The notes beneath the pieces are model-generated. The model searched no databases and was not told where the DNA came from. It saw nothing but the letters and a program-made list of their open reading frames with translations. Below are positions 26,263-38,514 of a stretch of 64,000 nucleotides of DNA, piece after piece. Source of the stretch: Takakia lepidozioides (Eukaryota; Plantae; Bryophyta); assembly GCA_030704615.1 (NCBI GenBank), contig CM060734.1, forward strand, positions 20,646,001 through 20,710,000, in the 5' to 3' direction. The position numbers and the translations under genes are program-made. Position 1 is the stretch's first letter; the number at the start of each line of letters is the position of its first letter.

Positions 26263-26992
26263 TGTCGCGGCCCTTTGCCTTGAGGGCAGGAGGTCGGGAC
26301 ACATGAGGGGCTGCCCCTGTGGTGGGGGCAGCGGCAGCGATAGGTATGGGGGGCTAAAGCACCCTTGAGTGCCCAAGGCACTCAGGGAAGCGGAGGCGTT
26401 CACTAGGTGGAGCCCCGCACACCGGGTTGCGGTGGGGGTGGCTCCACAAGGGGTGGTGGTAGCTTAGCGGGACTTAGTGGGGGTGGCATAGGACTCACCA
26501 TGGGGGCGGAGACCTCGTGGTGGGAGTCGTGGGGAGTCTTGGGACTCATCACGGTCCATAGGGGCCGTGATGAGTGGGCCAAGACTCACCGCGACTCATC
26601 ACCGGGAGTCGAGGGTTTTCGTGGTGGTTCGCCATAAAATGGCATGGCTGGTTGTGAAACCCCCGCGGACAGCTACAGAAGTATATATAGGGAGTAGTAA
26701 CCCCGAGAACGGTGCAAGCCCGTTGGTGACCAAAAACTAGTGAGTGAGCGAGCGAGCGTGCCGGAAAGCGACCAAAGAGTGGGGAGCTGTTCCGGACTGC
26801 CATCTACCAAAGGGAATTCCACTAGGCCCAAATAGGTGGAGGGTTTAGTGGGGGAGCGAAGGGGGACCGTTATGTCCCGGTGAGCAGCCGAAGCTCCAAG
26901 TTGGCCCGGCGGCCAGGTTGGGAGTCAGGCGCGCGCATCAAAGCGAGTAACTATGACTTGAAGGGGAGTTTACCGAAGTGAGGTGCGCGACA
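26263..26992 (+). repeat. 5' LTR
   Basis: TGTCGCGG...GCGCGACA; I find 3 substitutions by eye relative to 31826-32555. Confidence 0.97.
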
Positions 26993-26994
26993 CT

Positions 26995-27006
26995 TGGTAT
27001 CAGAGC
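26995..27006 (+). promoter_or_regulatory. Primer binding site (initiator tRNA-Met)
   Basis: TGGTATCAGAGC, 2 nt after the 5' LTR. Confidence 0.9.
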
Positions 27007-27047
27007 TTAGAGTTCAGTACGCGATCGTCCTTGGGATTGGCCTCATC

Positions 27048-30000
27048 ATGGGGTCGGGCAAGCCAAAGCGAAAGCGGAACGGCCCAAAAGATGATGATCC
27101 TGGTGAGCCCGATGGGGGCGACGTGTCACCGAGGCGGCCGTTTGAGGAAGCGATGCATGTTTCCGAAAACGAGGCCGCTCAAGAGCGGGAGGAATCCGAG
27201 GAGTTGGAGCCCGAGGAATCCTTGAGAGCTCCGACAAACCAAGAGATGCCTCCCATGCCGGCAGCCTTTTGGGAAGGGTTGTTGGCGCAGTTTGGCGGGA
27301 CGTTGAAAGACGTGTTGAAGGCGGCTAATGCCACTTCCACTAAGGCAAAGTTTAAGGTGAAGCCTAAGGAACCCGGCACCTTCGAGGGCGTCCGAAATCG
27401 GAAGGCACTCAATACCTGGCTCCTGGAGCTAAAGCAGTACTTCCGGGCGGCCAAGTTGAGTGACGAGGATCGGGTGGAAGTGGCTCCCACCTATTTGAGG
27501 GCTATGCTCAACAATGGTGGCAAAAACGCCTTCACGACCGAGGTCCAAGTCCGGAAACCTTGAACTGGAATGGGTTCAAGGAATTGATGAAGAGACAGTT
27601 TGTGCCCCTCAATGTGTCCTGGCTTGCCCGGGACAAGATGAGGAATTTGAAGCAAACAGATGACATTCGGGGATATGTCCAGGCTTTCAATGTGCTGTTG
27701 CTCGAAGTCGCGGATATGGCAGAACCAGAAATGGTCTTCAACTTTGTGGCGGGGTTGGCCCCATGGGCCAGGCGGAAGTTGGAGGAGAAGCCACCTAAGA
27801 CTTTGAACGAGGCAATTGAGAGGGCTGAATGTTTCTCAGATGTCCCTAGGGGTGAAAGACAAGGCCGTACGGAGCTGAACCACAAGAAGACCCGGCGGGA
27901 AGGTGACTCCTTCCGACCGGAAAAGAAGTGGGATAGGCCACGCGGCGACAACAGCATGTGGAAATCGAAGGGAGGGCCATCACAAGTCAAGGCGGCACCC
28001 GGTGCTTCAAAAGGAAAAGCGGGTGGAGCGGCCTATGGCGGACAGAAGGCAACCTTTGATGGAGTGTGTTTCAATTGTGGGGAGCCCGGGCACATGGCCA
28101 AGAAGTGCACGAAGCCCCGGCAATTGAACATGACTCGGGCGACCACAGAACTGTCGGAAGATACCATCAGTCGCTTGGTGGAAGTGGTGGTCGCCAGGAC
28201 TTGCAAGGTAGGAAAATATTCTTGTGAGTTGTATCAGGAAACTGGCGCATTGCGTAAAGGGAGTCACTTATTGTTCGTGGATGGGATAATATCCGGAACT
28301 AACGTGTCATTGTTGGTGGACACAGGAGCGTCGCACTCCTTCATGACACCGGCAACGGCACAAAAGCTGGGACTCCCGACAACTGATGTAGGGGCCTCTA
28401 TTGAGGTGCGTTCTGCCAAAGGAGAACCGCAATTGGCGACGAGGTTGGCGTTCGATGTTCCTCTTCAACTGGGGAGTTGGGAGGGACGTGAGAACTTCAC
28501 CGTCTGCGAGATCGATGGAGTAGATCTCATTTTGGGGATGACCTTTTTGAGCAAATCCGGAGCGGTCATAGTTGGCCGCAAGAGGGTAGTCACGCTGCCA
28601 TGTTGGAATGGTGGCGAGGTCTTACGAGTTTCGGAAACGCCCAAACCCGTGGGAGGGCGAATAAACCTTATATCAGCAAGGGAGTGGGCCGTGGAGGAGG
28701 CACACGAGCCCCAGTTTTTGCTCTACATTAGAGAAGTGAAGGGAGAAGGCGATGGAGAGCCGAGCCCAGATTGGATCAAGGGGATTTTGGAGAAATACCA
28801 TGATGTGATGCCGGAGGATTTGCCAAGCGGCTTGCCACCACGAAGAGGAGTTGACCACAAGATTGAGGTGATACCGGGATCGGAACCGCCTACCAAGGCG
28901 CCCTACCGGTTGAACCACAGAGAGTTGGTCGAGCTGAAGACTCAGCTCAAAGATCTAATGTCAAAGGGGTACATCCGGCCGAGTAAGTCACCTTACGGAG
29001 CCCCGGTGCTATTTGCAGATAAAAAGGATGGGACGCTGCGGATGTGTGTCGACTACAGGGCTCTGAATAAGGTGACTATCAAAAACCGGTACCCTTTGCC
29101 AAGGATCGATGACCTTTTCGATCGGTTGGCATGAGCGAAGTATTTCAGCCGGATCGATCTGCGCTCCGGCTATCATCAAATTCGAGTGGCGGAAGGAGAT
29201 GAGGAGAAGACCGCGTGCAGGACAAGGTATGGTTCATACAAGTTTTTGGTGATGCCTTTTGGGCTCATCAATGCACCCGCGACCTTTAGCACGCTAATAA
29301 ACAGCCTTTTTCAGGACTGGTTGGATGACTTTGTGATCGTGTACATCGACGACATCTTGGTGTACTCGAAAACAAAGGAGGAGCACCTAGAGCACCTCAA
29401 AAGGGTATTCCAAAAATTGCGGGAATGGAAGCTGTACGCCAAAGCTTCAAAGTGCGAATTCGGGGTCACGAAAGTGGAGTTCTTGGGGCATGTGATTACA
29501 CAGGATGGGATCGAAGTCCGTGATGCATGACTTGAGGATGGGGGTTAAATCGCAGTTCCACTTGCAAAATAGACTGCTCCGGTATAAGCAAAAGCGTCTC
29601 TACGTGCCGAAGGGAGGGATCAGGGATAGTCTCTTGAGAGAATGCCATGATAGCCCACTTGCGGGCCACGGCGGAGCCAAACGCACTGCGGCACTCTTGA
29701 AGAAAGAGTATTTCTGGCCCAAACTGAGGGAGGAGGCAGAGGAGTATGTCAAGACATGCACCACATGCCAACAAAACCGGAGCGAGTACAAAAAGCAAGC
29801 GGGGCTGTTACAACCCTTGCCGATTCCAGAGGGGACTTGGGAAAGCGTCTCGATGGATTTCATGACTGCTATGCCGCTGTCAAAAGGATTCGATGCAATC
29901 ATGGTGGTGGTGGATAGGTTCAGTAAAATGGGCCATTTCATCCCCACCAAGGAGACGGCAACTGCGTAGGAGACAGGGCGACTTTACTTTGCCCACGTCT

Positions 30001-30920
30001 TAAAGCATCATGGAGTCCCGAAGGATATTGTCTCGGACCGCGATCCAAAATTTACCAGTAAATTTTGGAGGACACTTTGGAAGAAGATGGGGACGAGGCT
30101 GAAGATGAGCATCGCATTCCGACCTACGACGGACGGCCAAACGGAAAGAGTGAATTCCGTAGTGAAGCAATTCTTGCGGAATTACGTGTCGGCAGACCAA
30201 TCAGACTGGATGGAACACTTAGACGCAACAGAGTTCTGTTATAATAACACAAAACACTCCACAATGGGAGTTTCCCCTTTCGTATTGGTCTATGGAAAAG
30301 CACCTCTGGTGCCGACAAGTTGGGCCGCCCAGGACGTTGAGGAACCGGCAGTAGCGGAGGTACTAGAAGAACGCGAGCGTTTGTTGAAGCTCGCAAAGTA
30401 CAACATTGCCAAAGCTAGGAAACGGTATGAAAGGCAGGCGAATCGGAAGCGGAGGGAAGTGAAGTTTGAGACAGGCACGGAGGTCTGGTTGAACATCAAG
30501 AATTTCCGACTACCTCCGGAAGTGAGTCCGAAGTTCGTACCTCCATATGCGGCACCCTTTCGCATTCGGAAGGTCATGAATGAGGATGTGTATGAATTGG
30601 AGCTGCCGGCAAACAACAAGGTGCACCCAGTATTCCATGTCTCCCTTTTGAAGCCTTACTTCAAAGACGAAGTGCGTCCGAATCGGCATCAAGTGTTGCG
30701 TCCGCCACCTATGCTGTTGGATCATGAAAATGAACCTGAGTACGAGGTGGAGGCAATACTTAAGTCGAGGAGGTTCAAGAACCGAGAAACGGAGTATCTC
30801 GTCAAATGGAAGGGCTATCATCAGGTGGAGGCATCTTGGGTGCGTGCCTCAGAAATGGGAAACGCATCCGAGGCGGTTGCAGTTTTCGAAGGGCGACCTC
30901 AAAAGCGGAAGAAGCGTTGA
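27048..30920 (+). pseudogene. gag-pol of the chromovirus (disrupted)
   Basis: Gag with [14 protein letters not shown] knuckle, protease LVDTGAS, RT ([24 protein letters not shown]), integrase (H-H-C-C, SMDF, SDRD, TERVN) and chromodomain EYEVEAIL...YLVKWKGY...SW. Frameshift near 27500, stops at 29132 and 29967, RNase H deleted near 29515. Confidence 0.93.
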
Positions 30921-31825
30921 TGGGGACATCAACCTTGGAGCGTGGGGGAGGAAATGCATGCTTAGCCCGGTTTAGCTAGCTTAGGAATCCGATTACAAAA
31001 ACTTGTATTGTACAAAACGTGCTATAAATGAAATGGCTTCCAAATATTGTGCGTCCTATTTTGTTTGGAATGTTGATGCATGGTATGGTTGGCTAGTGTG
31101 TAGAATGCATGCCAGCTTATAAAAGTGGGAGAGGTAAATTGGGTTAATCGTGTGTTTGCGTAGTGCCGAAATCGGGTGATCCCCATCCGAGGGGCAAGGA
31201 AACTTGCGCCTTCTTTGGGAGTTCACGTGCTAGTGCGCACCTGGCACATGCGCGTACTATAACTGCGCTACCGAGGGGGTTGCCTTGTAGTGCGGGCTAA
31301 CGCGGAAGCCACGTGCTTCCGTTCACGTACTATAATCGTGTAGCCTCGGGACGAAGTCGTAGTGCGGCTTCGGCGTGTTCCCGTACCTCAGGCCAGCATT
31401 CCAAGGCGGACCCAATTGTAGTGATTGGGGCGCACGGTTGGTTCAAGGTTATCTTCCTAGTCAAAGAGGGTTCCAAGTGAACCCTTGCTCAAGATGATGC
31501 CAAAAGCGGCATCATGAGCGGTCGCAAGCAATGTTGTTGCAGTAAGGCGATTCGATCCTCGGGGAGGATCGTTCCTTGGCCTTGAAGTAGGCCAAGAAGA
31601 GTGCACTGGGAGGAGCTTGAGAGGCTCCACCCTTGGCCGGGACTTGGAGGAAGTCGGCCGAACTAGCTAGTGGAGAGTAGAGTCAAGTGTGGGGTTTGGT
31701 TCTTTGCCATAGGACGCCATGGTACGAAAACAAACTCCTTGATGTGGGACGCCACAACTTGGATGTTCGTTTCTACAAAATGGACAAGTCGATAAGGACA
31801 TCGACTCCCTGTTGGTAGGGGTGTG

Positions 31826-32555
31826 TGTCGCGGCCCTTTGCCTTGAGGGCAGGGGGTCGGGACACATGAGGGGCTGCCCCTGTGGTGGGGGCAGCGGCAG
31901 CGATAGGTATGGGGGGCTAAAGCACCCTTGAGTGCCCAAGGCACTCAGGGAAGCGGAGGCGTTCACTAGGTGGAGCCCCGCACACCGGGTTGCGGTGGGG
32001 GTGGCTCCACAAGGGGTGGTGGTAGCTTAGCGGGACTTAGTGGGGGTGGCATAGGACTCACCATGGGGGCGGAGACCTCGTGGTGGGAGTCGTGGGGAGT
32101 CTTGGGACTCATCACGGTCCATAGGGGCCGTGATGAGTGGGCCAAGACTCACCGCGACTCATCACCGGGAGTCGAGGGTTTTCGTGGTGGTTCGCCATAA
32201 AATGGCATGGCTGGTTGTGAAACCCCCGCGGACAGCTACAGAAGTATATATAGGGAGTAGTAACCCCGAGAACGGTGCAAGCCCGTTGGTGACCAAAAAC
32301 TAGTGAGTGAGCGAGCGAGCGTGCCGGAAAGCGACCAAAGAGTGGGGAGCTGTTCCGGACTGCCATCTACCAAAGGGAATTCCACTAGGCCCAAATAGGT
32401 GGAGGATTTAGTGGGGGAGCGAGGGGGGACCGTTATGTCCCGGTGAGCAGCCGAAGCTCCAAGTTGGCCCGGCGGCCAGGTTGGGAGTCAGGCGCGCGCA
32501 TCAAAGCGAGTAACTATGACTTGAAGGGGAGTTTACCGAAGTGAGGTGCGCGACA
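31826..32555 (+). repeat. 3' LTR
   Basis: Near-identical to the 5' LTR and followed by the TSD CTGGA. Confidence 0.97.
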
Positions 32556-33959
32556 CTGGAATGACGTGTGCATATTGCTAGACGGACATATGACTTTATG
32601 ACTCTCACTCTAATGCATTCTGCCAAATCATCACATGGAAGAATCACTACATGACTGCGCGTGTATGTTTTTTTGGTTATATATATAATATATGAGTATT
32701 TATATTTGGAAAAACGGAGACTCTGACCACTAGAATGAATTCAAATAATAATAATAATAATAATCAAAGTGCAAAAGATTGAAAAAAAAACACATGGGCT
32801 GGTAAGTGCACAGTGTCACCTTGGTGGTTTGGGTTTCAAACCCGCTGCCCTACCACGTGTGTGGGATTGTCGTGTCTCATGGCCCATAAATGAAAGGGGG
32901 TTAATTTTTCCCCCTCCTCAAGGGCATGAGGTTTCCTTTAAAAAAAGGAAAAAGAAAAAAAAAGAAATCGAAAAGTTGCTTATAGTTTGCAAAAGGTTAA
33001 AAAACTTAAAAAGTTGCCAATCGCGATAGCCGTGAACAGACTTAGAGCGAGCGGGAGGGAGGGAGGGAGAGAGGGAGAGAGGGCTGGGACTTAGAGCGTA
33101 AGAGCGGGAGGGAGGGAGGGAGGGAGAGAGAGAGAGAGGGCTGGGACTTACAGTGAGCGAGTGGGAGGGAGGGCAAACATGCATGGGAGGCCCGCGTTGG
33201 AGAAACCTTCGCATCTGAAGCAAGCAACCCTAGAAACGCTAGGGTATGTGTGTGAGGAGGTTTCGGCTGGGCGCTCGCCATTCTTGGGAGAGTCAGCTTC
33301 GTCTTAGCAGGCCGTGTTTCAATCTCTACCCGCTCAGCCCTGAATTTTCAGCACGGAGCAGAGCTGGCATGAGTTTCTTAAAGATCCTTCACGATGGTGG
33401 GACAACCGCAATCGCAAGGTGTGGCTTCTTCTTAATGTACGATGTGAAGAAGTTTGTCCATCCAGCAAATGTGGGTTGTTGGCTCCTGTTAATACCATGA
33501 TTTGGCATTCTTCCTGATGTTTACAAGGTTCTTGGGAGAGTCAGCTTGGTCTTAGCAGGCCGTGTTTCAATCTCTGCCCGCTCAGCTGCACCGTGGTGGT
33601 TCTCACTGACCAATCCGACAGTACTTGACTATAGGCACAAGCAGCACACACAAGAGATCCTCTTGGGTTCATGGTCAGTCAAATCCTCCATGGGTCATGT
33701 AAGTTAGCTCGTTGGGTGGATCTATGGTGGTTTGGATTGACTTTGATGTTACTCAGGCATTGTATCAGAGAACGGATATCGTCTTCAGGCCGTTGGCATG
33801 TCGGACATTTACTATCTCCTTTACCTCTCTACATCTGGTTTTGTGCAAAGATAGACTCCCCAACTTGAGTTTAAATTTCAGGTCTAGTGTCAAGGGTAGA
33901 GGGAGGCCCTTCAGATCATCCTCAAGGTCCTCTATGTGCCCCTATAATCAGGTACGGGG

Positions 33960-35280
33960 AGGTGTACTTCAACCTGACCACATCACGTTGGTTTGTGGGG
34001 GCAAAGCATGTGCGAGCATGGCAGCGGGCTGGAAAAGGGCAAAGACTTCCATGGTGACATCTTCAAAGCGCGAATTGTACCAGGTATGATTCTGAGCAGT
34101 GCCCTGCTGGACATGTATGCCAAATGCGAGCATGCTACCTCTGAAAACGGGCGCAAAGTTCCTGGGTGACATCGTCAAGGCTGGAATTGTACTAGATGTC
34201 ATTCTGAGCACTGCCATGCAGCACATGTATGCCAAATGTGAGCCTGGCAGCCCTAGAACTGGGCAAAGAGGTCCATGGTGACATCGTCAAAGCTGGAATT
34301 GTACCAGATCTGATTCTGAGCACTGCCCTCGTGGACATGTATGCCAAATGTAAGCCTAACAGCCCTGGAAAAGAGAGCAGAGGCCATGGTGACATCGTCA
34401 AATTAGCTGGAACGTACCATATGTGATTCTGAACACAAGTTTAGGCAAGCCTGGCCGCCCTGGAAAAGGGAGTAGAGGTCCATGGTGACATTGTCAAAAC
34501 TGGAACTATACACCAAATCTGATTGTGAACACTGCCTTGGTGACATGTATGCCAAATGTGAGTCTGATAGCTGTGGAATGGACGGACAGGTCCACAGTGA
34601 TATTGTCAAAGCTGAAATGTACCAGATGTCATTCTGAACTCTGCTCTGGTGGACATCTATGCCAAATGCGAGCCTGGCAGCCCTGGAAAATGGAGCAGAT
34701 CCATGGTGTCAATGTCAAAGCTGGAATTGTACCACATGTCATTTGAACTATGCTCAAGTGGACATGTATGCCCAATGCGAGCCTGGCAGCTCTGGGAAAG
34801 GGCACAGAGGTCCATCATAGGTCCTGCATGGGTAGATGATCAACTGGAAGCTGCAGAAGCAGCGGCACAATTGATAAAATTAGACACTGATAATCAAGGT
34901 ACCTTGTTCAACACATTTCACCCTGTTTTTCGGCCCTAAATTTTCATGTTGAATTCTGCAAGTTAGCTGGTTGAGTGGATCTTGGCCTGACAGGTCCATG
35001 GTGACATGGTGGCCGTGTTTCTGAACCTCTGCACAATCAGGTGCGCAATCCTGCTGTTTCTCTGGCCGTGAATGACTAGAGAGACATAAAAAGAGAGAGC
35101 ACAAGATGTCATCCTGAACATTGCTCTGGTGGCCATGTATGCTAAATGTGGGAGCATTGAGGATGCCAAGGGAGTATGGCTGAACGAGATGTGGTGTCGT
35201 GGAATGCGATGCTTGCAGGGTGTGCAGAGGAGGAGCGCGGGATGGGGCTTTGGAGACCTGAAAGCAAATGATGGGGAAAG
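33960..35280 (+). pseudogene. Tandemly reiterated partial PPR motifs inside the complete CACTA
   Basis: About 8 units of SLAALExGKEVHGDIVKAGIVPDxILSTALVDMYAKC, each joined back to the L-motif, plus YAKCGSIEDAKGV at about 35130. Confidence 0.85.
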
Positions 35281-37730
35281 TGGTGAAGGTACCTTCTTCA
35301 ACATATTTTCCCTGCTAGTGTTTGCTTTGACAATTCTAGGCTGTCATTGTCACCTGCTAGCAGCAAGGCGAGGATGTATGCATGATTTGTGCAGAGGCAT
35401 GGATAGCTGAAGGAGCAGGGATTTCGTGTGGGCCCAGATTCATCCAAGAGGGCTAGATTTCAAGCACAAGATTACTTGTGACTCCTTGTGGATCAATAGC
35501 TACAAGAAACCTGCATGGGTAGATGGTCAACTGGCAGCAGCGGCACAAGTGATAAAATCAGGCACTGCTAATGAAGGCATCTTCTTCAACACGTTTCACC
35601 CTGTTTTCCCTCTTATCAGAATCGGCCCTAAATTGCCATGTTCAATTCTGCAAGTTAGCTGGTTGAGTGAATCTAGTTTGGAGTGACTTTGACATGATAC
35701 TGCCAATGTGACAACAGGGAAGTATCAAAAAACAGGTAACAGAGATGAGGAGAAGCTGTGGAACAAATACTTATATGAGCCCAGTCACTGATGGGTCAAC
35801 CGGGGCAGAAAGGTGAATGCCTGCTACATTTCAGAGAGTAGCAGACGCAATTCAGCATAGCGCCTAGTGTGCTACGCTGAGTTGGGTGTTTCCTATTCCA
35901 AATGTAGGCTGTCATTGTCATTTGTTAGCAGCAAGGCAAGGATGAATACTTGATTTGTGCAGAGGCATGGATAGCTGAAGGAGTAGAGATAGAGTGTGGG
36001 TGACGCAGGGTGCTGGGCAGTGGGCAAGACGTCTTTGTATAAACGTGAGTGACCTTCCTATCCTCCTGGCTCTCATTTTTAGTGCATGTTTCTTTGTGAA
36101 GTATCTAACTTCCCCAACACACACCAACCTATTTGCTTTGGTTTGTTTAGGAGTCCATGGGATAGAAGTTACCATAAACAACACTGGCATTGGTTTTTCA
36201 TATATGGTATTAGATAATTCTCTTAATTGTTTCCGCCTTGGCAGGTTGCTCAGTGACCTTCCCTGGACGCTTTGGGGTATAGTAAGTGAGTGTCTCACAA
36301 TGCAATGTTGCTTGGTGCATCTTATGCAAGAACTTGGAAAACAAAACAGATGTCCTTGCTGTAGTGATTCTTAAAGCCATGCAAGCCCTAGTTTTTTATG
36401 GGTTGCAGATTGATGGAATACACGAGTAGTTAGAAGATTTGGGTGAACACTTTTCAAAGTGTTACAGTTAGACAATATAATTCACATGAGAACATGTGAC
36501 TATTTTATGTATTTTTAGATCGCGACAAAAATGATAATAATAAATAGATTGATAAATAGAGATGGTGTACAATCTCTTGGTTTTGCTCAGCTTGTTGCTG
36601 TTATGTTTTGCTGCCTTGTCCTGTTTGTATTATATATTATATTTCATTGTTGTAATAGACATGTATATGACTTCTATCATAGTCATAATAATGACTACAT
36701 CTATTTTCACTCTCCAATAGTACTACACCACGCTGTAGAAATACAAATATGTAAAAAGAAATAGCAATATACCCAAAAAATCACCCATCATGACACATGG
36801 CAATCTGCTGAGGGACCACGTGTAAAAACTGCAACACGCCACGTGTTGCAATCGGATTAGCACGCCCGTAGTCATAGTTCACTCTCATGGAGAGCGAACA
36901 CTCTGCCACGTGTCATTTTCTGTATCAAGCACGTGTCACTCTTGCACAGCCGCTGACATGGACTACACTGTCCGTTCAGTCATTCGTAAAGCCAACGTGT
37001 ATGACTACCCCCACAGCTACTCAGGCGCCATGTCACAGCCAGCCTAGAGAGTCATATATGCCATGTCACAACTGACTAGGCTTTTACGTCTTCAGAATCG
37101 GGAAGTCGTAAATGGCTTCCATAACTGCATTTGCAGTCATAACACAGAGACGTAAAAGCCGCAATCTGTTGTAGTGATTACCTGACTACAGACACAAGCA
37201 ACACACACAATAGGTCCTCTTGGGTTCATGGTCAGTCAAATCCTCCATGGGTCATGACACAAGGTCGAGGACAATGTGGTGAGGGCACCTTCTTCTTCAA
37301 CCTATTTCAGCCTATTTTGCCCTCTCATCATACTCAGCCCTGAATTTGCATATTGAATTCTGTTAGTTAGCTCGTTGGGTGGATCTATGGTGGTTTGGAG
37401 CGACTTCGACAAGTTATTGCCAATGTGCCAGCAGGAAAGTACCCAAAAATAGATGATAGAGATGAAGATAAGCTTTTTGTCTCCATTGTCCCACCATTGA
37501 CTAGGGTCGGAAAAGTGTTCATTCCAAAGCTGAGGGACCAGGGATAGAGGTCCAGATTCATGACAAAGGTAGTTTCTATCCCTTGATACAAACTACAGGT
37601 TGTTCCCCCACATTCCACCTTTTTTCCTTCTGCCTATGTGTTCTAACAGAATCTATATCTTTCAATGAGCATTTGTTACCCGTGTTTCATATCACTGGGA
37701 TGTTTAAATGAGACCTTGCTCTAAACATAG

Positions 37731-37943
37731 GTACAATCAAGGAGGCGGGTAGTGCCGACAGCCTTGGGAATTACGCTAGTCCGGGGTTACCAGACAATTG
37801 ATGTCGACCTTTATCTGCCTAACATACGTTGGTTCATTGAGCAGCAAATTACACTTATTGGCAAGGGCCAGGTGGACTATGCCCGTGTAGTGCGTCATGT
37901 CTTGCAAGAGTTCTCAGCCAAATTTTCCTACTTTGTTGGTCAG
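37731..37943 (+). pseudogene. TOP3B: Captured DNA topoisomerase III beta exon
   Basis: VQSRRRVVPTALGITLVRGYQTIDVDLYLPNIRWFIEQQITLIGKGQ...FSYFVGQ with an AG acceptor and a GCAAGT donor. Confidence 0.85.
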
Positions 37944-38296
37944 GCAAGTCTTGTTTTCCCATTGGAAGACTAGGGATCTACCTCTATCCCTGGTCCCTCA
38001 GCCCATCAATATATACTGAACCTTATAGCCTAATTGCCATTGGCTGTGCGCAAAAGCTATGATGGGTGGAAGACCCCACTGCACAGGGACATGACCTTCT
38101 GCCACGTCATGATGAGTATCTATGGTGGTAAACCTCACAACCGGCCTCTCAAGGTTTAGTATCCTGCAGGTGAGAGCTACATGGTAGCCGATCATCACCA
38201 GGAATAAACAATGAGTAGATCTATTAAGAAATAGTGTTTGCATGAGTGTGAGGGTGAGATGTCTATGGACTTCAACAGCCTGTAAGGATAGAGTAT

Positions 38297-38476
38297 CTTG
38301 ATGGAGCCATTTTGTGGGAGGGCATGAACCTCTTCATATGAAGAGCAGTAAAGACGTGAGGGCCTCATGGCAATGTATTTCATGTAGCGAGCACACTTCC
38401 CACACTTGCTTAACGGTTTTCCTAACTCAACCAATGGGGAGAACTGGGCTTCAAACAAGGCATCCATCCGCTCTTT
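38297..38476 (-). pseudogene. TOP3B: Captured next TOP3B exon, inverted
   Basis: ERMDALFEAQFSPLVELGKPLSKCGKCARYMKYI...RLYC...LPQNGSIK directly continues the previous exon in TOP3B but lies on the opposite strand. Confidence 0.85.
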
Positions 38477-38514
38477 CTACCCACATATATAGGAACATTG
38501 CTTTCAATGCAACC

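Larger units (their letters stand above)
26263..32555 (+). mobile_element. Ty3/Gypsy chromovirus LTR retrotransposon, internally deleted
   Basis: Two 730-bp TG..CA LTRs, 5-bp TSD CTGGA (26258-26262 and 32556-32560), tRNA-iMet PBS, domain order gag-PR-RT-(no RH)-INT-chromodomain. Confidence 0.97.
26030..37176 (+). mobile_element. Complete non-autonomous Pack-CACTA transposon
   Basis: 24-bp perfect TIRs CACTACAACAGATTGCGGCTTTTA, 3-bp TSD ATT (26027-26029 and 37177-37179), subterminal ATGAC/GTCAT repeats and no TnpD transposase. An empty-site homolog lies at about 7490-7515. Confidence 0.95.

Noticed and set aside
29132-29969. Stops repaired by U-to-C RNA editing
   Set aside because: Plant U-to-C editing is organellar; nuclear point mutation, largely methyl-C deamination, explains such stops.
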